A DNA stretch of 50,458 nt from Pseudolabrys sp. (GCA_035549515.1 DASZQT010000403.1:1-50458), one strand, 5' to 3'; shown: positions 7,958 to 17,661, counted from the stretch's first letter. The notes: generated by a model not told the origin, from the letters alone. Made by a program: numbers and translations.

Positions 7958-9274
7958 ATGCTGCGGAATTTGCTGCGCGCCCTTCTGGGCGTGATTATTG
8001 TCGCCATCGTGCTCATTGTCGGCTTTTGGCTATGGGCCAGACAGCCCTCGATCGCCGCGATCGCGCCCCCCGATGCCTCGACTTTCGACAAGGCAACTAT
8101 TGCGCGCGGCGCAAACCTGGTCGCCATGGGCGATTGCGCCACGTGTCACAATTCCCCGGAAGGCCACCCGTTCGCCGGTGGCTTTCCGGTGCCGACACCG
8201 TTCGGGATCATCTACGGCACCAATATTACGCCCGACCCCGACACCGGCATCGGGCGCTGGTCGGAGCAGGCCTTTGCGCGCGCCATGCATCGCGGTATCC
8301 GCCGTGACGGCGCCTACCTCTACCCCGCGTTCCCTTACACACATTTCACGAAAGTCAGCGACGACGACATCAAGGCCATCTACGCGTACCTGATGACACG
8401 GCCGGCCGTGCATAACGTCGTGCCGGCGCCGCGTCTGCCTTTCCCGCTCAACATCCGGCCGATCATGGCGGGATGGAACCTGCTGTTCTTCCGCCCCGGT
8501 CGATTCGTACCCGACCCGGCCAAGAGCGAGGCCTGGAATCGCGGCGCCTATATCGCCGAAGGCCTCGCTCACTGTGGCGCCTGCCATACGCCGCGCAATT
8601 TGTTGGGCGCGGAGAAAACAAGCGAGCGCTACGCCGGCGGCGAGGCCGAGGGCTGGTTTGCGCCGGCGCTCGGCGCGCGGTCGTCGGCACCGGTGCAATG
8701 GAGCGAGGCCGCGCTTTTGAACTATTTGAGTGCCGGTTTTGCCCGCGATCACGGCGTGGCGGCCGGGCCCATGGCCGGCGTGACGCGCGATTTGCGAAAG
8801 CTCCCAGCCTCGGACCTGACCGCCCTTGCAACTTATTTTGCATCCCTCGCGCCGCCGGCGCCCGCAAGAGAAACGATGGGCGCCGCCAGCACGGACAAGG
8901 CGTCCTATCAAATCGCCACCGCCCAAGCCATGGGCCAGAAGGGACCGGCGAAGACCGGCGAGGCGATCTTCGCGGGAGCCTGCGCATCCTGTCACTTCGA
9001 AGGCGGCAGCCAACCGTTCCACCGCCCAATCCGACTGCGCCTGAGCAGCGCCGTGACAGCCCCGACACCGCGCAATTTCATCCAGATCGTACTCGGCGGC
9101 ATCCAACCGCCCCCGGGTGATCACGGGCGTTGGATGCCGCCCTTCGCCAACGCGCTCACCGATGAGCAAGTCTCACTACTCGCGCAATATGTGCGGGGCC
9201 ATTTCAGCGGCAAGCCGGACTGGTCCGACATCGGCAAGACCGTCGCGCAGGTCCGTAAAGGTAGCGGCTCATGA
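7958..9274 (+). CDS. Triheme cytochrome c subunit of a membrane-bound dehydrogenase
   Basis: N-terminal TM anchor; three CxxCH motifs (CATCH, CGACH, CASCH); TPFGIIYGTNITPDPDTGIG and LYPAFPY. Confidence 0.93.
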   Translation: MLRNLLRALLGVIIVAIVLIVGFWLWARQPSIAAIAPPDASTFDKATIARGANLVAMGDCATCHNSPEGHPFAGGFPVPTPFGIIYGTNITPDPDTGIGRWSEQAFARAMHRGIRRDGAYLYPAFPYTHFTKVSDDDIKAIYAYLMTRPAVHNVVPAPRLPFPLNIRPIMAGWNLLFFRPGRFVPDPAKSEAWNRGAYIAEGLAHCGACHTPRNLLGAEKTSERYAGGEAEGWFAPALGARSSAPVQWSEAALLNYLSAGFARDHGVAAGPMAGVTRDLRKLPASDLTALATYFASLAPPAPARETMGAASTDKASYQIATAQAMGQKGPAKTGEAIFAGACASCHFEGGSQPFHRPIRLRLSSAVTAPTPRNFIQIVLGGIQPPPGDHGRWMPPFANALTDEQVSLLAQYVRGHFSGKPDWSDIGKTVAQVRKGSGS

Positions 9275-9729
9275 TCACGTTGAAAATCAACGGCAAGGAC
9301 CATCAGGTCGAAACCGACCCGATCACGCCGCTGCTCTATGTCCTGCGCAACGACCTCAAAATGAACGGCGCCAAGTTCGGCTGCGGCCTCGGCCAATGCG
9401 GCGCCTGCACCGTGCTGCTTGACGATCAGCCCATCTTCTCATGTCAGATTCCGATCTCGATCCTGGAAGGCCGCAACATCACCACGCTTGAGGGTCTCGG
9501 CACCGCCGCCGAGCCCGGTCCGGTGCAAAAGGCATTTATCGACGAGCAGGCCGCTCAATGCGGCTATTGCATCCCCGGCATGATCATGCGCGCGCAGGCG
9601 CTGTTGAAGCAGAACAAATCTCCGAGCGACCGCCAGATCCGCGAATGGATGCAGCCGAACCTGTGCCGCTGCGGTACGCATGCCCGGATCATGCGGGCGA
9701 TCCGCCGCGCCGCCGGCACCGTAAGCTGA
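9271..9729 (+). CDS. (2Fe-2S)-binding small subunit, CoxS/IorA type
   Basis: KFGCGLGQCGACTV, QCGYCIPG, NLCRCGT; ATGA overlap with the cytochrome gene. Confidence 0.95.
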   Translation: MITLKINGKDHQVETDPITPLLYVLRNDLKMNGAKFGCGLGQCGACTVLLDDQPIFSCQIPISILEGRNITTLEGLGTAAEPGPVQKAFIDEQAAQCGYCIPGMIMRAQALLKQNKSPSDRQIREWMQPNLCRCGTHARIMRAIRRAAGTVS

Positions 9730-9742
9730 GCGACAAAGGGAG

Positions 9743-11989
9743 ATGGTCGCCATGCGAAACACAACAGCCCTGTCGCGGCGCGATTTTCTGGCCGGAAGCG
9801 CGCTCGTCGTCAGCTTTTCACTGCTGCCGGGCAAACTGCTTGCGCAGACAGGCGCCGGCCAGCCGACAGGACCCGCTTTCGGCAGCTTGAAGAAATATCC
9901 TTATCTCGATTCATGGATCGCAATCGGCGGCGACGGACATGTCACGGTCTTCACCGGCAAGGCCGAACTCGGACAAGGCATCATGACGGCACTGATGCAG
10001 TGCGCTGCCGAGCAGCTCGCCGTCAATCCCGAAGCGATCACCATGGTGACGGCTTCCACGGCCCGCACACCAAATGAAGGCTATACCGCCGGAAGCAATT
10101 CGATGATGGAGAGCGGTACGGCGATTTTTCATGCGGCATCGCAAGCGCGCAACATCCTGATCGGCTGGGCCGCCACCGATCTCGGCGTGGACGCCGCGCA
10201 ACTCAAGGCAGACAACGGGACGATCACCGCTCCCGACGGCCAAAAGCGCAGTTATGGCGAGTTGATCAATGGCCGCTCGCTGCATGTCGCCGCGACCAAT
10301 CAAACCAACCTCATTCCGCCCGACCAATACAAAGTCATGGGCAAGAGTCTGCCGCGGCTCGATATTCCCGCCAAGCTGACGGGCGGACCGATCTATGTGC
10401 AGGACATGCGCATGGACAACATGGTCCATGCGCGGGCGGTGCGGCCGCCGAATTACGACGCGACCTTGCGCGATATCGACACGAGCGCCGTCGAGAAGAT
10501 GCCGGGCGTGATCAAGGTCATCCGCGAGGGCAGCTATTTGGCGGTTGCAGCGGAGGGCGAGTATCAGGCCATCCTGGCGATGCGCGCGCTGCAACAGGCG
10601 GCGCGTTGGCAAGTCTCTAAGACGCTGCCAAAACAGGCCGACGTCTATTCCGTGCTGCAGTCACTTCCGACCGACAGCAAGGTCATCGACAATCGCGGCA
10701 ACGGCGCCATTGCCGATGAGAGCGCGGCGCTGCGCGCGGTCTATCGCAGGCCATACATGATGCATGCCTCGATCGGACCATCCTGTGCCGTCGCATTATT
10801 CAAAGACGATCACCTGACGGTCTGGACGCACTCGCAGGGCGTCTTTCCGCTGCGCGCGACCGTCGCAAAAATGCTTTCGATGCCGGAAAACCAGGTCGAC
10901 TGCATTCAGGTCGAAGGTTCCGGCTGCTACGGCCATAACGGCGCGGACGATGCCGGAGCGGACGCGGCAATCATCGCCCGCGCCCTGCCCGGCCGGCCGG
11001 TGCGCGTGCAATGGATGCGGGAGGACGAGCACGGCTGGGAGCCGTATGGTTCGCCTCACGTGGCCGAATTGCGCGGCACGGTCGGTGGCGACGGCAAGAT
11101 CAGCGGCTGGGACTGCGATCTGTGGACGATGACCTACTCCACCCGTCCGGCGGGCGATCCGGCAAACCTGATGCCGGCCTGGTACCTGGAAGAACATGCC
11201 GGACCGCCCCAGGGCTCTCAAATTCCATTGCCGGCCGGCGGCGGCGATCGCGACATCGTGCCGACCTATGTCCTGCCCAACACGCACATCATCTACCACT
11301 ACATAACGCAGTCTCTGCCTTTGCGCGTCTCGGCGCTGCGCTCGCTCGGCGGCTATCACAACGTATTCGCGGTCGAAAGTTTCATGGATGAGCTGGCGGC
11401 GAGCGCTAAAGCCGACCCGGTCGACTTCCGTCTCCGACACGTCACCGATCCGCGTGCCAGGGATGTGATCGCCATGGCGGCGGAGAAGTTCGGCTGGTCG
11501 GACACAAAGCCGCTGCCGCCCTATCACGGTCGCGGCTTCGGCTACGTGCGCTATGAGATGATCAAAGCCTATTGCGCCGTGGCGGTGGAGATCGAGGTCA
11601 ATCCGGACAGCGGCCAAATCCGGGTCGTGCGGGCGGTGGCGGCGGTCGATAGCGGCAATGCCGCCAATCCAAACGGCATCGAGAACCAGATCGAGGGCTG
11701 CATCATTCAGGCCACCAGTTGGACGCTGTATGAGTCGGTCAACTACAGTGAGAGCGAAATCACCAGCCGCGACTGGGGCAGCTATCCCATCCTGCGCTTC
11801 GACGCGGTGCCCGACAGCGTTAAAGTCCACGTGATCAACCGGCCGGGCGCGCCTTTCCTTGGCACCGGCGAGGCCGGCATGGGACCGACCGCGGCGGCTA
11901 TCGGCAATGCGCTCGCGCACGCAACCGGCGTGCGGCTGCGCGACCTGCCGCTCAGGGCCGACAAAGTGCGAGCGGCGCTGCTCAAATAG
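9743..11989 (+). CDS. Molybdopterin-binding large subunit of the xanthine oxidase/aldehyde oxidoreductase family (IorB/AldH-like), Tat-exported
   Basis: Tat motif SRRDFL; GKAELGQG, TPNEGYTAGS, GSGCYGHNGADD, LRSLG, QIEG, GTGEAG. Confidence 0.92.
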   Translation: MVAMRNTTALSRRDFLAGSALVVSFSLLPGKLLAQTGAGQPTGPAFGSLKKYPYLDSWIAIGGDGHVTVFTGKAELGQGIMTALMQCAAEQLAVNPEAITMVTASTARTPNEGYTAGSNSMMESGTAIFHAASQARNILIGWAATDLGVDAAQLKADNGTITAPDGQKRSYGELINGRSLHVAATNQTNLIPPDQYKVMGKSLPRLDIPAKLTGGPIYVQDMRMDNMVHARAVRPPNYDATLRDIDTSAVEKMPGVIKVIREGSYLAVAAEGEYQAILAMRALQQAARWQVSKTLPKQADVYSVLQSLPTDSKVIDNRGNGAIADESAALRAVYRRPYMMHASIGPSCAVALFKDDHLTVWTHSQGVFPLRATVAKMLSMPENQVDCIQVEGSGCYGHNGADDAGADAAIIARALPGRPVRVQWMREDEHGWEPYGSPHVAELRGTVGGDGKISGWDCDLWTMTYSTRPAGDPANLMPAWYLEEHAGPPQGSQIPLPAGGGDRDIVPTYVLPNTHIIYHYITQSLPLRVSALRSLGGYHNVFAVESFMDELAASAKADPVDFRLRHVTDPRARDVIAMAAEKFGWSDTKPLPPYHGRGFGYVRYEMIKAYCAVAVEIEVNPDSGQIRVVRAVAAVDSGNAANPNGIENQIEGCIIQATSWTLYESVNYSESEITSRDWGSYPILRFDAVPDSVKVHVINRPGAPFLGTGEAGMGPTAAAIGNALAHATGVRLRDLPLRADKVRAALLK

Positions 11990-13163
11990 AGCGAGCCTGT
12001 CGCCGATCGAGCGCTTCCACGCTCAGGATGGTCGGCAGGTGCCGCGCGATCTCCTGCCAGCTCTCGCCCTCGTCGCGGCTTGCAAAGACCGAGCCGCTAT
12101 TGGTGCCGAAATAGACCCCTACGGGATCGCCTTCGTCGCGCGCCATGGCTTGCCGCAGGACGGTGAAATAGCAGGCCCGCTGCGGCAGGCCTTCGCGCAT
12201 GGCTTGCCAGCTCTCGCCGCCATCTTTCGAACGCCATACCGCCGCCGCGGCATCGGGCGGAAATCGGCCGGCGATGTCACCGTTCAATGGCATGGTCCAA
12301 AGGGTTTCCGGGTCGCGTGGGTGAACGGTGATCGGAAAACCGAAGGTCGATGGCAATCCGCGCGTAATGTCGTCCCAACTGCGACCGCCATCGCTCGAGC
12401 GCCAGACCCCGTGATGGTTCTGCTGGTACAGCAGATCGGAATCGCCCGGCGCCCGCATCATGTTGTGCACGCAATGCCCGATATCGCCGTCGCGCGGCCC
12501 GGCGGGATGGGCGTGCTCGGAGCTATATCCCGCATTCGAGAGCCGGTTCCGACGCTCCCAGGTCTTGCCGCCATCCTCGCTTGCGAAGACGCCGGCGGCC
12601 GAAATCCCGACCCAGAGTTTTTCGCGGTCCGCCGGATCGAACAGAATCGTATGCAGCACCAATCCGGCGCCGCCGGGATTCCAGCTGCCGGCCGAAGGAT
12701 GCTCACGCAAGCCTTTGACCTCTTCCCAGGTCTTGCCGCCATCTTGGCTCGCCAGCAGCCGCGCCGGCTTAGTGCCGGCATAGAGCGTTCCGTGCGCAAA
12801 GCCGAGCGACCACACTTGCGAGAACTGATCGGCAAACGGCGATGGCTGCTCGGTCCAGTTCATCATGGCGGCGAGTTCCGGGTCCTTGGCCGCCCAGTCG
12901 TCGACCTGCCCCTTGGTGAGTTTTGCGACCTCCCAGGTCTCGCCGTGATCCTCGGAGCGCCACACGCCGGCGCCGTGCCAATCGCCGCCGCCGCCGGCCC
13001 ACAATGTGCCGGTGGCCGGATCCCCGACGACATGATTGATAGGCCAGCCCGCACAGAACGGCCCCTTGACGGTCCAGCCTTCTCGATTGCTCCCCTCGGA
13101 GATCAAGAATGCGCCCTTCGTCGTACCGACAAGGATCGCCACTCCATCGTTACTCATGGCCAT
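11982..13163 (-). CDS. BNR/Asp-box beta-propeller protein (sialidase-like fold), no signal peptide
   Basis: LVGTTKGAF start and repeated S-x-D-x-G-x-T/S-W boxes (SEDHGETW, SQDGGKTW, SEDGGKTW, SSDGGRSW, SKDGGESW, SRDEGESW); GGAGAGGAG RBS. Confidence 0.88.
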   Translation of the reverse strand: MAMSNDGVAILVGTTKGAFLISEGSNREGWTVKGPFCAGWPINHVVGDPATGTLWAGGGGDWHGAGVWRSEDHGETWEVAKLTKGQVDDWAAKDPELAAMMNWTEQPSPFADQFSQVWSLGFAHGTLYAGTKPARLLASQDGGKTWEEVKGLREHPSAGSWNPGGAGLVLHTILFDPADREKLWVGISAAGVFASEDGGKTWERRNRLSNAGYSSEHAHPAGPRDGDIGHCVHNMMRAPGDSDLLYQQNHHGVWRSSDGGRSWDDITRGLPSTFGFPITVHPRDPETLWTMPLNGDIAGRFPPDAAAAVWRSKDGGESWQAMREGLPQRACYFTVLRQAMARDEGDPVGVYFGTNSGSVFASRDEGESWQEIARHLPTILSVEALDRRQARSI

Positions 13164-13238
13164 CGTCTCCTCTCCATCCCAAGGCGATTGGTTCGGCACC
13201 AGTTTAGCGCCGACAGGCGAAGCCGGGAATGCTGCAAT

Positions 13239-13907
13239 TCATCTATTCGCTTCGCCGGTCTCGCTGTTGGAGGCCTTCACCGGCTTGGACTCCGGTGAAC
13301 CGGCTTGGCGAAGAACAATGCTGAGAACCATATAAAAGCCAATTGCAAAGAATTCCGCCTGCCAAGTCTGAAAGGTCATGAACCAGAGCTTCCACGACAG
13401 AACGAACGCGCCGAGCGACAGCGGCGGATCGTGTGTGAGGGCGCGTTGCTCGTTGTAAGCCCATAGCCCCGTTATGACATGCAGGACAAATGCAACAAGG
13501 AAAGTGCAGACAAATGCAAGGCCCAATGAATTGCGATGGAACCAGGTCGAAAGAGCCGCGCCCCCCAGATCGCGATTTCGACTGGTCGACTTGCGGGAAT
13601 GGGTGGCGCCTCTTTGAACCAGAAAGACTCCGAAGATGATCAGGCATGCGAGCTGCAAAATTGCCGCTTGGCAATTGACAACGATGGCATTGAGGAATGT
13701 GCCCGTTGTCAGATAGCCGATAAATGTCTGATGCGGCGTGCCGTGCTGTTCCCGGTAGAGTTCAAAGCCCATCGCAAAGGTCGCGGCGAGGCACACCAAA
13801 AACAACCCCAACAACGTCAAGGTGAGGCTGCTGTCCCGCAAAAAGGAGCCGAGACGATCGAGGCGCGAGGGGGCTGCCGAACGCCGTGATCCTGTCGGTC
13901 GTGGCAT
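13239..13907 (-). CDS. Membrane protein, DUF6766-like
   Basis: Two internally similar hydrophobic halves; C-terminal WQAEF...LRQAGSPESKPV signature recalled for this family. Confidence 0.7.
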   Translation of the reverse strand: MPRPTGSRRSAAPSRLDRLGSFLRDSSLTLTLLGLFLVCLAATFAMGFELYREQHGTPHQTFIGYLTTGTFLNAIVVNCQAAILQLACLIIFGVFLVQRGATHSRKSTSRNRDLGGAALSTWFHRNSLGLAFVCTFLVAFVLHVITGLWAYNEQRALTHDPPLSLGAFVLSWKLWFMTFQTWQAEFFAIGFYMVLSIVLRQAGSPESKPVKASNSETGEANR

Positions 13908-13973
13908 GTGCGCAAACCTGACGGTGAGACCTGCCGCCGGAACCGGAAGGCAGAGCCGGTCCGGCAGGCCGTC

Positions 13974-13998
13974 AACGCAACGTCATTCGCCCTGTTCC
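13974..13998 (-). promoter_or_regulatory. Sigma-EcfG-type promoter of the DUF6766-like gene
   Basis: Minus strand GGAAC-N16-CGTT, consensus match. Confidence 0.7.
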
Positions 13999-14020
13999 CG
14001 CGCGACGAAGTCCGACGCGA

Positions 14021-14046
14021 GGAACCGAACCAACGCGTGGCCGGTT
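14021..14046 (+). promoter_or_regulatory. Sigma-EcfG-type promoter of the SDR gene
   Basis: GGAAC-N17-GGTT ending 35 nt upstream of ATG 14081. Confidence 0.7.
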
Positions 14047-14080
14047 AAATGCACGTAACAACCGCATCAGAGCCAGCACA

Positions 14081-15088
14081 ATGACAGCTTCACTAGCGAA
14101 CCGCGATCGTTTTGCCGAAGGCGCCGAAAGGGCGGCCGCCATCGAACGCGATATTCAGGCCGAAATTGACCGCAAGGAGAAGCAGCAGCCGAAGGCGAAA
14201 GACCAAAAAGGCGCAATGCAAGCCGGCGCGCGGTCCTATCCGGAACCTCCGTTTCCCCGCCAACATCTTGAAAAGCCGGGACATGAAAGCGATCTCGCTC
14301 TTTCGCCGATGTACGACGCGCCGCATTACAAGGGCTCGGACAAGCTCAAGGGCAAGGTCGCACTCATCACCGGCGCCGATTCCGGAATCGGGCGCGCGGT
14401 TGCCGTTCTTTACGCGCGCGAAGGAGCCGACATCGCCGTCTGCTATCTCAGTGAACATGACGACGCGCTCGCCACCAAACGCGCGGTCGAAAAGGAAGGA
14501 CAACGCTGCATCGTCATGTCCGGCGACGTCGCCGACCCCGCATTCTGCAAAGCGGCAGTGGAACACACGGTCCGCGAATTCGGGCAGCTCGACGTCTTGG
14601 TGAATAATGCCGCTTTCCAGGAGCACGTCAGCTCTTTCGAGGATTTGACCGAGGCCCATTTCGACCGCACACTTAAGACGAATCTCTATGGCTATTTTCA
14701 CATGGCGAAGACTGCCGTTCCGTACATGAAGGAAGGCAGCGCCATCGTCATGACCGGCTCGGTCACCGGGCTCCTGGGCAATGCCAGCTTGCTCGACTAT
14801 TCGATGACCAAAGGCGGCATTCATGCCTTCGTGCGCTCGCTCGCAACCCATCTGATCGACAAGGGCATCCGCGTCAACGCGGTCGCACCGGGACCGGTAT
14901 GGACGCCGCTCAATCCCGCGGACCGCAACGCCAAGGGCGTCGAGAAATTCGGCAGCGGAACGCCGATGAAGCGTCCCGCTCAGCCCGAGGAAATTGCGCC
15001 GGCCTTCGTCTTTCTCGCGGCGCCAAGCTGCTCGAGCTATATCACCGGCGAAATCCTCCCCATCATCGGGGGCTATTCCGGCGGTTGA
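14081..15088 (+). CDS. SDR-family oxidoreductase (general stress protein 39/YghA-like)
   Basis: YKGSDKLKGKVALITGADSGIGRA, LVNNAA, YSMTK catalytic motif, VAPGPVWTP, RPAQPEE. Confidence 0.93.
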   Translation: MTASLANRDRFAEGAERAAAIERDIQAEIDRKEKQQPKAKDQKGAMQAGARSYPEPPFPRQHLEKPGHESDLALSPMYDAPHYKGSDKLKGKVALITGADSGIGRAVAVLYAREGADIAVCYLSEHDDALATKRAVEKEGQRCIVMSGDVADPAFCKAAVEHTVREFGQLDVLVNNAAFQEHVSSFEDLTEAHFDRTLKTNLYGYFHMAKTAVPYMKEGSAIVMTGSVTGLLGNASLLDYSMTKGGIHAFVRSLATHLIDKGIRVNAVAPGPVWTPLNPADRNAKGVEKFGSGTPMKRPAQPEEIAPAFVFLAAPSCSSYITGEILPIIGGYSGG

Positions 15089-15224
15089 GCACAGGTCGCC
15101 GACGCAATCCTATCCGTCGGACTCCCCGCTTGCGCGCAACCGGGCGCGAGTTACCCTGAGGGATCGAACCAATGACGCCGGACGGCTGTCGGGCGTTAAT
15201 AACGATTCCGGGGAACGAAACGCC

Positions 15225-16904
15225 ATGAATGTGCAAGCCAGCGCCATCAGCGACGCGATTTTGATCGAAAAGGACGTCGAGGTGCCGATGCGCGACGGCG
15301 CCCGGCTATTGGCCGACGTGTTCCGCCCGAAGGATGGCGCGCGCGTGCCGGCCATTCTCAATCTCGGCCCCTACCAGAAGGACAAGCTGTGGGTCGCGCC
15401 CGATACACTGGAGGAAAAGCCGAACGAGTGGATGAACTGGGAGACCGTCAATCCGCTCTGGTGGGTGCCGCGCGGCTATGCCGCCGTGCGCGTCGACGGC
15501 CGCGGTTCTGGCAAGAGCCCAGGCCAATGCGAGCCGTGGTCGCATGCGGAAGCGGTCGATTTTCACGATGCAATCGAATGGGCGGCGGCGCAGCCCTGGT
15601 GCAACGGCAATGTCGGGCTCCTGGGCATTTCCTATTACGCCATCAACCAATGGTTCGCGGCCAACCGGCAGCCGCCGTCGCTGAAAGCGATCATTCCCTG
15701 GGAAGGCTTCGCCGATCTTTACCGCGACGCGCTCTATCACGGCGGCATTCTGAGCGTATTCATGACCAACTGGTTCACCGCACACCTGATGCACCACAAG
15801 CTCGGGCGGGCGTCGCAGCATCTGCCCGATGCCTGGAAGGTGAACACGCTCGATTTCTGGCTGTCGAACAATCTCGACACCGGCGCCTTCCACGGTGCAC
15901 AGGCCCAATGGGACAAGATCACCGTGCCGATGTTCTCGGTCGGCAACTGGACCGGCTTCGGCCTGCATCTGCGCGGCAATACCGAAGCCTTCATGCGCTC
16001 GCCCTCCCCGCACAAAAAGCTGCGCATCCACACCGGCAGCCACGTGCATCCGTTCTATCGCGAGGAGGCGCGCGCGGATCAGATCCGATTTTTCGACCAT
16101 TGGCTCAAGGGCGCCGAGAATGGCGTGATGGATGAGCCGCCGGTCAAGCTCGCCATCCGGCACGGCGCCGACAAGTTCGAATGGCGGCACGAGCAGGAAT
16201 GGCCGCTTAAGCGCACGCAATGGACCAAGCTCTATTTCGACCTCTCGTCGCCGCCCGCCGGCGCACCGGCCAACCGCGGCCGGCTGGTGCGCGACAATCC
16301 GAAAGAAATGGCATCTCGCACCTATTCGGCCACCAGCATGGGCACGATGGGCTCGACCTCGGCGGCCTCCTCGCAGGTCATGGGCGGCGGCGGCATCAAA
16401 CCGGACATGGGGATCGCGCTGGAGACCGCGCCGCTCGAAGACGACCTCGAAATCACCGGCCCGCTCGCGGCCTCATTCCATGTATCGAGCGAGAGCGAGG
16501 ACATGGACCTGTTCCTCACGCTGCGCCATTTCGATGCCGACGGCAACGAGGTCATGGAGACGGGCCAGCAGGGCTCGCCGGTGCCGGTGGCCAAGGGCTG
16601 GCTGCGCGTGTCGCACCGCGAGCTCGATCCGGAATTGACGCGGCCCTACCGGCCCTATCACAAGCATCAGCGAAGGCTTTACTTGAAGCCGGGCGAGATC
16701 GTGAAGGTGGATGTCGAGATCTGGCCGACCTCCATGGTGTTCAAAAAAGGCCACCGCATCCGGCTCGACGTGCAGCCGCGCGACGGCGTCGGCAGCCAGG
16801 GCTATCTGCATTATCACGCCGACTACAACACCGGCAGCAATACGATCTATGCCGGCGGCGAGTGCGAGGCTTTTCTGCTGCTGCCGGTCATTCCGGGGAA
16901 ATAG
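15225..16904 (+). CDS. CocE/NonD-family serine hydrolase
   Basis: VPMRDGARLLADVFRP, VDGRGSGKSPG, nucleophile GISYY, C-terminal FKKGHRIRLDV; start ATG 15225. Confidence 0.92.
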   Translation: MNVQASAISDAILIEKDVEVPMRDGARLLADVFRPKDGARVPAILNLGPYQKDKLWVAPDTLEEKPNEWMNWETVNPLWWVPRGYAAVRVDGRGSGKSPGQCEPWSHAEAVDFHDAIEWAAAQPWCNGNVGLLGISYYAINQWFAANRQPPSLKAIIPWEGFADLYRDALYHGGILSVFMTNWFTAHLMHHKLGRASQHLPDAWKVNTLDFWLSNNLDTGAFHGAQAQWDKITVPMFSVGNWTGFGLHLRGNTEAFMRSPSPHKKLRIHTGSHVHPFYREEARADQIRFFDHWLKGAENGVMDEPPVKLAIRHGADKFEWRHEQEWPLKRTQWTKLYFDLSSPPAGAPANRGRLVRDNPKEMASRTYSATSMGTMGSTSAASSQVMGGGGIKPDMGIALETAPLEDDLEITGPLAASFHVSSESEDMDLFLTLRHFDADGNEVMETGQQGSPVPVAKGWLRVSHRELDPELTRPYRPYHKHQRRLYLKPGEIVKVDVEIWPTSMVFKKGHRIRLDVQPRDGVGSQGYLHYHADYNTGSNTIYAGGECEAFLLLPVIPGK

Positions 16905-17010
16905 GCTGCCCCACCATTGCCTCACGCCAGCTTGATCGGGGGAAGCACTTTCCGTCCCGCGCCCTGCTGCCTATGTTGGGCATCCGACAGTCGCATCGGC
17001 GGGGCTTCCT

Positions 17011-17631
17011 ATGAACAACGCCTCCCTCGTTTTCACGCCGGCCGTGCAAAAGGCGCAGGCCGAGCGCGGCTCAGCGCGCGCCTATGCGGCGCGCATGGCC
17101 GAAGGCTTTCCCGATCGCGTGACGCCGGAGCTGGCCCAATTCATCTCGCAGATCGATACGGCGTTTCTGGCCACCGCGAGCGGCGACGGCGCGCCTTACC
17201 TTCAGCACCGCGCCGGGCCGAAGGGCTTCATCAAAATTATCGACGACCGGACGCTCGGCTTCGCCGATTATCGCGGCAACCGGCAATACATCACGCTCGC
17301 CAACCTGTCGGAAAACGACCGCGCTTTTCTGTTCCTGCTCGACCCCGCCCGCCGCCAGCGCATCAAGCTCTGGGGCCGCGCCCGCATGGTGGAAGACAAT
17401 CCCGACCTGGTCGAGACCCTGTTCGATGCCGGCTACAAGGCGCGCCCCGAACGCGCGCTCCTGTTCACCATCGAAGCCTGGGACGTGAACTGCTCGCAGC
17501 ACATCGTCACCCGCTTCACCGAGACGGAAGTCGAGCACGCCTTCGAGGCGGTGCGGGGCAAGATCGCCGAATTGCAGGCCGAGAATGCGCGGCTGCGCGC
17601 CTTGCTGGCGCAGCGCGCGGAAAACGGATAG
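17011..17631 (+). CDS. Pyridoxamine 5'-phosphate oxidase-family FMN-binding protein
   Basis: PYLQHRAGPKGF, FADYRGNRQYITLANL, WDVNCSQHI. Confidence 0.88.
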   Translation: MNNASLVFTPAVQKAQAERGSARAYAARMAEGFPDRVTPELAQFISQIDTAFLATASGDGAPYLQHRAGPKGFIKIIDDRTLGFADYRGNRQYITLANLSENDRAFLFLLDPARRQRIKLWGRARMVEDNPDLVETLFDAGYKARPERALLFTIEAWDVNCSQHIVTRFTETEVEHAFEAVRGKIAELQAENARLRALLAQRAENG

Positions 17632-17661
17632 TCAGACGCTGACAGGTGCAAAGCAAATACC

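Noticed and set aside
11859-13298. Long antisense ORFs (e.g. 11859-13298, 27505-28980, 28977-30467, 41431-42897, 48637-50118)
   Set aside because: They are shadows of well-supported genes on the other strand and show no recognisable motifs.
13239-13907. DUF6766-like gene as a pseudogene (first half-repeat motif looks degenerate)
   Set aside because: The frame is intact, the second motif is conserved and a consensus promoter is present, so there is no direct evidence of inactivation.
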